A stretch of DNA of 63,213 nt, counting the filler, from an uncultured archaeon (GTDB lineage: Archaea; Nanobdellota; Nanobdellia; Woesearchaeales; CAIVOO01): NCBI GenBank assembly GCA_903842985.1. It is 7 parts of 7 records of this genome, joined end to end, with 100 filler letters (N's around TTAATTAATTAA, not from the genome) between each part and the next. Parts side by side here need not be neighbours in the genome. Positions count along the whole stretch, not along the records: positions 54,874 to 59,324 come from CAIMOB010000007.1; positions 59,425 to 63,213 come from CAIMOB010000011.1; 5 more parts are not named here. One strand, 5' to 3'. The notes below the pieces were generated by a model that searched no databases, had not been told where the DNA came from, and saw nothing but the letters and a program-made list of their open reading frames with translations. This document shows positions 56,323-63,213 of the stretch, in pieces. Numbering within the stretch: position 1 is the stretch's first letter; each line of letters starts with the position of its first letter. Position numbers and translations under genes: made by a program.

Positions 56323-58398
56323 TTATTTACCGCCTGCCCATAAATTTTTGAAATAATCCATTATCACTCTTCCCTGTATAGGCGCTACTGCTTTACCTGC
56401 AATAGTATTAACAACTCCGGTGCTTGCTTGAGTAACTTGCGCAATATTAGCTGCCGTATTGGTGCTTGCCGAGCTTGATGCACTCGATGCAGTTGTTGTT
56501 CCATTAGCTCCGGGTGTCGCTTCAATTATCTCTGGTCCTCCGCTTCCTGCAACTCTTTGCTGGCCATGATAAGCGGCATATCCTTGGTCTGTTGAAACTC
56601 CAACATAATTGGATTTTTCTCCACAGTCTCCAAGATTTGCGCAGAATTCATTCATCGCGCTTGCCCAATTTTTTGCAGATTCATCGCTTATTTTTGTGCT
56701 TGCTATGTCTTGGGCAGTCACATATTGGCAGTTTCCGACGCTTTGGTCGCAGGTCCATTCTGTTTTTTGCTGCCCGAATATCTTTAGAGGGTATGTCACT
56801 CTCGTGAACTGCACAGAAAGCTTTGCATTTCCTAAAGCACACTGAGCTACAGCACCTGTTCCGCCAGTGCTTGAGGGGCTGACATAGCCTGTTCCAAAAG
56901 CAGGAGTAGTGCCGGTGAAAGCAGGAGTTGTTGATGAGAAATTTCCACTAGTCCCTGTTGTTCCGGTAGTCAATCCAGAGCTTGTTGTCGTCGATGTGCT
57001 TCCCCAGAAAGTCAAGCCAGGAGGATAGTTAGGCAGGCATAATCCATCAGGCGTCAATTGTCCTTTTGATGTATCATTGTTCGATTTTTCTATCTGCGCT
57101 GTATTTGATGAATAATAATATCCTTCTCTCCATAAACAGTCACGTACATCTGCATTCTCGCAGGCTGCCTGGTCTTTCTGGCCTATGCAGTCTTGCCAGC
57201 GATTAACTCGGCATGCGGCCTCTGAAAAACCATTAAATGTGTCTTGAATGCATATTTCATTCCTGAAATCTGCGCATGATTCAGGAATCACTTCGCCGAA
57301 AATGCATACTTCCTTGTAATACCTCGAGCCAACAGTGTCTTGTCCATTTCCTGTCGGATTGTCATCATTGCACCATGATTCTCCGTGTCGTTTTCCTGCA
57401 TCTTTGCAGCTCAGGTCAATGCATATATTATCTCCATATGTCGGAAGGCCAGTACTGCTTGATGCTTTTCTTCCGATGCTTCCTAGGAAATAATCGCAGT
57501 TTCCGCACGTAGCAGATCCTGCATTTGAGCTTCCATAGCCGCAACTCTCTGATTTCTTGTAGACTTTTTCCCAATACTGGTTATCTGCAAACCTGCTCGC
57601 ATCGTATATATTTGCGATATTCCCGCAGGTATCCGTATAATAGACCTCATCTTTTCCTTCGATTAATGTTGTTTTTTGCGATCTTCCGCATATGCTTCCA
57701 AGCTCAGGAGCAGTGCATAAGGTATCCTTGTAAAAGCCGACAGGCGCCATTGTTATATTCCCTGTTGAGTTTAATTCTGTAATGTTTACATTTTCAGAAG
57801 ACTGCGATGCCGTTGAACAACTTGCTCTTGTTTCGAAAACGCAGTTCTTTACTCCGGAAGATTCAGTGACGCAGGCTCCCTTGTCTGCCTGTTGCGCTGT
57901 TGCGATGCAGGTGGCTTCGTCAGTTATTGTCGTCCTGAAATCTGTATTCAGCTGATAGAATCCTGAAAGCATCTTGCAGCGCGTGAGTGTTATGAATGCT
58001 CCCTGGTCTCCAAGTATGCAGCATCCAAGGTTGCACTGTGGAATTTGGCACTGCTGGCTGGCAGCCCATATTCCGTTGCTGTCCTGGCATACTCTCTGGG
58101 GAGTTGATTCCATGCAAGTTCCTTCGACTTCATTGAAACAGCAGCCCGGCTTGCAGTAGCTCGTTGATTCACATGAAGTCGGCGCATTCTTGAATGCGGG
58201 GTCGCACTGGCTTTGTTGGGTGTTCTGGCACCATTTGCCGTCGGTAGTTTTCTCGCAGCAGTAGCTGGCTTCGGCTGCAAGCGCCATTGAGAGAGAACTC
58301 AATAATATGAACGCAGTAGCTATGGCTGCAAGCATGATGATGAATATTATTTTTCTTTCTCTTGCCAATCGCTTTTTTTTATCTTTGGTTTTTAGCAT
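56323..58398 (-). CDS. Large Cys-rich secreted protein
   Basis: Signal anchor; repeated GCC motifs; S/T-rich linkers. Confidence 0.75.
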   Translation of the reverse strand: MLKTKDKKKRLARERKIIFIIMLAAIATAFILLSSLSMALAAEASYCCEKTTDGKWCQNTQQSQCDPAFKNAPTSCESTSYCKPGCCFNEVEGTCMESTPQRVCQDSNGIWAASQQCQIPQCNLGCCILGDQGAFITLTRCKMLSGFYQLNTDFRTTITDEATCIATAQQADKGACVTESSGVKNCVFETRASCSTASQSSENVNITELNSTGNITMAPVGFYKDTLCTAPELGSICGRSQKTTLIEGKDEVYYTDTCGNIANIYDASRFADNQYWEKVYKKSESCGYGSSNAGSATCGNCDYFLGSIGRKASSSTGLPTYGDNICIDLSCKDAGKRHGESWCNDDNPTGNGQDTVGSRYYKEVCIFGEVIPESCADFRNEICIQDTFNGFSEAACRVNRWQDCIGQKDQAACENADVRDCLWREGYYYSSNTAQIEKSNNDTSKGQLTPDGLCLPNYPPGLTFWGSTSTTTSSGLTTGTTGTSGNFSSTTPAFTGTTPAFGTGYVSPSSTGGTGAVAQCALGNAKLSVQFTRVTYPLKIFGQQKTEWTCDQSVGNCQYVTAQDIASTKISDESAKNWASAMNEFCANLGDCGEKSNYVGVSTDQGYAAYHGQQRVAGSGGPEIIEATPGANGTTTASSASSSASTNTAANIAQVTQASTGVVNTIAGKAVAPIQGRVIMDYFKNLWAGGK

Positions 58399-59222
58399 TA
58401 TGCTGCTGCTCCTGCTTGCGCAGTGAAAGTAGGCGGAAGAGCCCAGCCAGCAGGCCATGCAAGGCTTCTTGTGGCAAATTGTAGCACTTCGCCCGTGTTT
58501 CTTTCTGTCAAAATATAAACTTTTGTGCCGTCGTCAAATCTTTTCTTTTCTACTTTCACAAAGGGATAATAAGTCATGTAAATTTCAGGAGCAGAATCTC
58601 CATATCTTGCCTCGTAATTCTGTATTGATGAAGCAACTAGCAACAAGTCATATGATTTTGAGGGGAATTGGAGCTTGAAATCTTTGCTGTCGAAGCCAAG
58701 GCTTTCCTCGCCCTTTGAAAGAGCCATGCTCAAATCTATTGAAAAACTTATCCTGTCTGGCTGGATATTCACCGACGATTTTCTTGAGCCAGAACTAGTC
58801 ACCGAGTAACCACGAGATTTCAGGCTGTTTTCCATCTGGCTGAAACAGGCTGAAATGTTTTCCTGCATGTTTTTATTTATCTCCGCTTCGACACTTTCTT
58901 TAAGGAAAGGATTCTGCATCACACAAGTTTTATACCATTCGCCAGTATAGCATACATATGCAATTGTATAATTATTGTACATAAAATATAATTGTGGTTT
59001 TAAACTTCCACCCCTGAGCATGGATTCATTCAAAAGCCCTGTAATAACTCTGTCAACGCAATCTCTTGGAATTAAATCTCCTGGCGGAGTCGGCACAAAA
59101 AGCTGCTTCAGTCTTGGGTAAAGCACTATCAGCAGAACAGCAACTATTGCTATAGCGATTATCACAAATATTGTAAGCTGTGACTTCTTACTATTCCTTA
59201 GCATATTTTTCCTTATGTTCAT
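58398..59222 (-). CDS. Class III signal (pilin-like N-terminus) protein
   Basis: KKS-QLTIFVIIAI; resembles 43889-44662. Confidence 0.65.
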   Translation of the reverse strand: MNIRKNMLRNSKKSQLTIFVIIAIAIVAVLLIVLYPRLKQLFVPTPPGDLIPRDCVDRVITGLLNESMLRGGSLKPQLYFMYNNYTIAYVCYTGEWYKTCVMQNPFLKESVEAEINKNMQENISACFSQMENSLKSRGYSVTSSGSRKSSVNIQPDRISFSIDLSMALSKGEESLGFDSKDFKLQFPSKSYDLLLVASSIQNYEARYGDSAPEIYMTYYPFVKVEKKRFDDGTKVYILTERNTGEVLQFATRSLAWPAGWALPPTFTAQAGAAA

Positions 59223-59324
59223 AAATTGCTCCCTCTTTTCCCTTTTTGTTTTATAATTTTGAATCAGCCAGAAAATCCCTAAATTTTCTGGATTTTTCCC
59301 ATTTATTTCATGTTTTTTGGGTTA

Positions 59325-59424
59325 NNNNNNNNNNNNNNNNNNNNNNNNNNNNNNNNNNNNNNNNNNNNTTAATTAATTAANNNNNNNNNNNNNNNNNNNN
59401 NNNNNNNNNNNNNNNNNNNNNNNN
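59325..59424. other. Artificial contig linker
   Basis: N run + TTAATTAATTAA + N run. Confidence 0.98.
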
Positions 59425-59697
59425 AGTTAGAAAATTTAAAATACGTTTTAGATGTTCCACTTAATAATTATAAAGAGTTCTTTCAAACCTTTAAACATTC
59501 ATTCGGAAGTGAACAGAGATTGATTCCTTTTTTTAGACTTCCTTTTGTAAAATATGATGAAGCTACGTTGGATTTAGAAGAGCCAGGGCAGTTGCGTGGC
59601 ATAATGCATAATGATTTTAACAGGTCCTTTCCGCATATTCACTACAAGGGCAATTGTGCTGTTGTCAATGTTGTAAGACCCGGACTGGTTGGAAAAC

Positions 59698-59994
59698 TCA
59701 TAAACTAGGATTCGATTTCTGCTTGCACTTCAAGTATATCCTTTTCTTCTTCTCTTCAATATCCACTTCATTCAAGTCATTGATGACCAAGTCATTTCCG
59801 CCAAGAAGGAATTTGATTGAGCAGTTGTAAATCTTCACATTCTTTATGTCTGGGTATTCTAGAACCTTTTCAGGCGCTTTGCCGGATTTGTGAGGGTCAT
59901 TTATGTTGAACAGAGCTATCAAAGCGCCGTAGGTATCATTCTTCTTGTCTTTTTTCCTGCTTATTATGACGCTTTTGTATTTGTAAACTGTCAT
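59698..59994 (-). CDS. Hypothetical protein
   Basis: 98-aa basic ORF downstream of eno. Confidence 0.6.
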   Translation of the reverse strand: MTVYKYKSVIISRKKDKKNDTYGALIALFNINDPHKSGKAPEKVLEYPDIKNVKIYNCSIKFLLGGNDLVINDLNEVDIEEKKKRIYLKCKQKSNPSL

Positions 59995-60053
59995 TATAAC
60001 CCCTGTTTTGTGTGAATATCCGCCAGTTTAAAAAGGTTACGTATATATTACGA

Positions 60054-61304
60054 TTAACCCCATTTGTAAAACTTCGCCTGCTTTCCAAGCTCTTCTTCGA
60101 TTCTAAGAAGCTGGTTGTACTTTGCTGTTCTCTCGCCCCTGCACGGCGCTCCTGACTTAATCTGGCCGTTGCCCAATCCAACAACCAAGTCAGCAATGAA
60201 AGTGTCCTCTGCCTCGCCAGACCTGTGCGAAACCATCACATTCCAGTCACTCTTTATCGCAAGCTGTGCAGCTTCAAGCGCTTCTGAAATAGTTCCAATC
60301 TGGTTGACTTTTAAAAGCAGGGCATTGCAGGCATGCAAGACAATCGCTTTCTGTATTCTTTCTGGATTTGTGACAGTCAAATCATCTCCCACAATCTGGA
60401 TTTTCTTCAGTGTTTTTGTTGCAAGCGCAAAATTATTGAAATCATCCTGTGCAAACGGGTCTTCGATTGAGATTATCGGATACATGTCAATCAATTCTTC
60501 ATATTTCTCCAGCAGCTGCTCACCTGTCAGTTCAGCTCCCTCAAGATAGTACTTTCCGTCCCTGAAGAATTCTGACGAAGCGCAGTCCATCCCTAATTTA
60601 ACTTTCTTCTTGTAGCCCGACTCTTCAATTGCTTCTGTTATCAGGTTAAGCGGCTCCTCAATGTGCTCGACAGGAGGCGCAAACCCTCCTTCGTCGCCGA
60701 CATTTGAAGCTGTCTTTCCGTATTTCTCCTCTATGACTTTTTTAAGTGTGTGGTAAATCTCAGTACCGATCTGCAGTGCCTCGCTGAAACTTTTTGCCCC
60801 GACAGGATTGAGCATGAATTCCTGCACATCCAGCTTGTTTCCTGCATGCTTTCCGCCGTTGATTATGTTGAAGCACGGCACAGGAAGAATCAGTTTGCTG
60901 TTTGTTATGCCTGAAATGTAACTGTAAAGCGGAATTCCCTGTTCTGCTGCAGACGCCCTTGCATAAGCCATCGATACTGCAAGAATTGCATTAGCTCCTA
61001 AATTTGACTTATTTTTTGTGCCATCCAATTCAATCATCAGGCGGTCAACATCCATCTGCTCGCCAAGTTCAGCGCCAACTAATTTCTTGGAAATCTTGTC
61101 AATGTTCTTTACAGCCTTCAAAACGCCTTTTCCAAGGTATCTTTTTCCTCCGTCCCTTAATTCAAGCGCTTCATGAATCCCTGTAGATGCGCCAGATGGA
61201 ACAATCGCCCTGAACAATCCCTTAGAAGTCAGAATTTCAGCTTCAACAGTCGGATTTCCCCGCGAATCAAGCACCTCTCTGCCCCTAAGGTTTAATATCT
61301 GCAT
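60054..61304 (-). CDS. eno: Enolase
   Basis: [36 protein letters not shown]; start trimmed to MQIL. Confidence 0.97.
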   Translation of the reverse strand: MQILNLRGREVLDSRGNPTVEAEILTSKGLFRAIVPSGASTGIHEALELRDGGKRYLGKGVLKAVKNIDKISKKLVGAELGEQMDVDRLMIELDGTKNKSNLGANAILAVSMAYARASAAEQGIPLYSYISGITNSKLILPVPCFNIINGGKHAGNKLDVQEFMLNPVGAKSFSEALQIGTEIYHTLKKVIEEKYGKTASNVGDEGGFAPPVEHIEEPLNLITEAIEESGYKKKVKLGMDCASSEFFRDGKYYLEGAELTGEQLLEKYEELIDMYPIISIEDPFAQDDFNNFALATKTLKKIQIVGDDLTVTNPERIQKAIVLHACNALLLKVNQIGTISEALEAAQLAIKSDWNVMVSHRSGEAEDTFIADLVVGLGNGQIKSGAPCRGERTAKYNQLLRIEEELGKQAKFYKWG

Positions 61305-61339
61305 ACGACGGTAAAAGAATTCAGGGTTTAAAAATGTTC

Positions 61340-61951
61340 TTATTTGGTACGAATCAGAGGCCTGTTTGAATTTAACGCATGTTCCAGGCTGTCTGCCAAA
61401 TAAATACCACAACTGAGCTCATCAAAATGCCTTCTGAAATGGTAGCTGTATTTGTTGCAGACGCCGATAAAAGACACGCCTGCTGCCCTGGCAAACTCCG
61501 CATCATTTGTCGTATCCCCAACATAAAGTCTTGGAGCATGCCTTCTAAGCATTTCCGTCTTATTGTACTGTGTTCCGACAACGCTATCAAAAAAACTTTC
61601 TAATCCAAGAGTTCTTAGGCTGTTTATCAAGAAATCCTCCTGCTCTCCGCTTATCAGAATAATATTTTCAGCACTGTTCTGTTTCAGCGACTGCAGTGTT
61701 TCTTTAACTCCTGGAATTATGTGCGTGGAAATGTCATGTCTGTAAAACTTCCTGTACAAACCTTCAAGCTCTTCAGCCCTGACATTAACTCCCAATCTTT
61801 TGTAATACTCCACATAATCCATGGTGAATAACTGCCTGTGCTCTTTAACTGTTTTTTTCTTCAACCCCAGATGCTTCAGAATATCATTTACAGTTGTGAA
61901 TACTCTCTCCCTGTCGTCGACGAGTGTTCCGCTGTAGTCAAGCCCAATCAT
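61340..61951 (-). CDS. HAD family hydrolase
   Basis: LDYSGTLVD (motif I variant), PGV, YVGD...D...AR.AG. Confidence 0.8.
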   Translation of the reverse strand: MIGLDYSGTLVDDRERVFTTVNDILKHLGLKKKTVKEHRQLFTMDYVEYYKRLGVNVRAEELEGLYRKFYRHDISTHIIPGVKETLQSLKQNSAENIILISGEQEDFLINSLRTLGLESFFDSVVGTQYNKTEMLRRHAPRLYVGDTTNDAEFARAAGVSFIGVCNKYSYHFRRHFDELSCGIYLADSLEHALNSNRPLIRTK

Positions 61952-62450
61952 TCTTTTCCCTCATTTCATTAAATAATTTGATGTAATCCTTGCTTTTGAA
62001 GTCAGAGTAAGTGTAATCAAACGGCTCAAATGAATTGTTCCTGAACCTCAGCGCAATGTCGCCATAGATTCCGCATTTTATGTAAACCTTGTGGCTTGAA
62101 TCCTTTGCAGAAGCCAGGACAACTTTCATCTGTGTAAGATAGCCGGGATCAAGATTTATTTTTCTGCTGCCTTTCTCTGCAAATTTTTTCTCTATTTTGT
62201 TTGTCTTCAATTTGACTTCAGCAATCTCATCCGGCGCTATCATTTTGTCAAAGAAGACGAACTTTCTTTTCAGCCCAGAACCCATTTCCTCTTCATAAAA
62301 TTTAGTGAAATTCCAGTCAAAAATGCCGCTTTCGAAATCAATCCTGCCGAAAACAGGCAATTCTTTCTTGATTTCTTCAAACAATGCAGTATTGCTGGAA
62401 AGCATTCCAATAAACAATTTTGCCTTTTTTACTTCCTTGGGCTCTGCCAT
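61938..62450 (-). CDS. DUF4416 family protein
   Basis: YEEEMG..LKR, R.INLDPGY, LAS.KD..H. Confidence 0.8.
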   Translation of the reverse strand: MAEPKEVKKAKLFIGMLSSNTALFEEIKKELPVFGRIDFESGIFDWNFTKFYEEEMGSGLKRKFVFFDKMIAPDEIAEVKLKTNKIEKKFAEKGSRKINLDPGYLTQMKVVLASAKDSSHKVYIKCGIYGDIALRFRNNSFEPFDYTYSDFKSKDYIKLFNEMREKNDWA

Positions 62451-62512
62451 GCATTTAAAAGTGTATCGAAAGGTTTAAATCTTTTTTGTTTAATCAGGTG
62501 GCAGAGAGACAA

Positions 62513-63213
62513 ATGACAGAGATACAACCTACAGAGCTTGAAGGGCTAATTGTCCCAATAATCACTCCGATGCACCAAAATGGAAGCAAGTGCTCTATTG
62601 ATTACAATAAACTGCACGAAATTTTAGTTGATCTTGTAAATGCGAATGTTGATGTAATATGCCCTGGCGGAACAACTGGGCAGAGCGAACTTCTGACATA
62701 CAATGAACAAATTGACTTGATTGAATTTGCCTGGAAATGCGTCAACGAACTTGAGAAAAAAGCAGGTTTCGTCAAGGATTTAATCGCAGGCATTAATCCA
62801 ACATCGACAGACAACGCAGTCAGGCTGTGCCAGGATATAGAAAAAAGAATAAAAGAGCCCATGACATTCATGAGCGTTGTTGGGTGCAATAATGTTTCTC
62901 AGAGAGGCATAATGGATTATTTCGGGACGCTTACCTATGGAATAAAGGGAAATGTGATGCTTTATAATAATACATCAAGAACAAATTCAAATATAGAAGC
63001 TGAAACAGCCATTGCGCTTTCAAAAAATCCAAAGATAATAGGAATAAAGGATTCTTCAGCAGACATGGGAAAGCTAAAAAAAATAATAAGAAATACAGAT
63101 CCGAATGAATTTAGGGTGATTGCCGGCAACGACTACAAGATAGTAGACATAATAAAGGCAGGCGGCTACGGCGCTGTTGCCTCGACTGCCAATGTAGCGC
63201 CTGCGCTTATGGA
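62513..63213 (+). CDS. dapA: Dihydrodipicolinate synthase family protein (3' truncated at window end)
   Basis: Hand translation: GLIVPIITP, GTTGQ, LYN..SRT, GIKDSS. Confidence 0.85.
   Translation, partial: MTEIQPTELEGLIVPIITPMHQNGSKCSIDYNKLHEILVDLVNANVDVICPGGTTGQSELLTYNEQIDLIEFAWKCVNELEKKAGFVKDLIAGINPTSTDNAVRLCQDIEKRIKEPMTFMSVVGCNNVSQRGIMDYFGTLTYGIKGNVMLYNNTSRTNSNIEAETAIALSKNPKIIGIKDSSADMGKLKKIIRNTDPNEFRVIAGNDYKIVDIIKAGGYGAVASTANVAPALM

Noticed and set aside
56890..56932. TTPAF(T)G repeated in the Cys-rich protein
   Set aside because: Ordinary low-complexity linker duplication.
61340..61951. HAD motif I DxS variant as a pseudogene sign
   Set aside because: The ORF is intact and the other motifs are retained; such variants occur in HAD families.

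Overview
Archaeal DPANN-type sequence, most consistent with a Woesearchaeota/Pacearchaeota-like metagenome bin. It consists of seven contigs joined by artificial 100-bp N/TTAATTAATTAA linkers. Core genes: rpoH-B''-B'-A'-A'' and L30e-nusA-S12-S7 (split by two NUDIX genes), two intron-containing tRNAs, RPA, radA, RFC-L, TFB, Rad50, form III RuBisCO, enolase and a DapA-family gene. There are also an EmrAB-like efflux operon and many secreted or hypothetical proteins. The most unusual signals are non-coding. (1) A ~55-nt double-hairpin element occurs four times directly at start codons; it duplicates the AAAATG start context, shows compensatory base changes, can fold two mutually exclusive ways, and in three copies contains a 16-17-codon mini-ORF that ends at the downstream start. 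(2) A 34-bp direct repeat separates unrelated accessory genes like a cassette array. (3) A 117-bp multi-palindrome element sits just before TATA boxes on two contigs. (4) A ~150-nt multi-stem leader precedes a putative ssDNA-binding gene and radA. All calls are by eye from sequence motifs; no searches were run.
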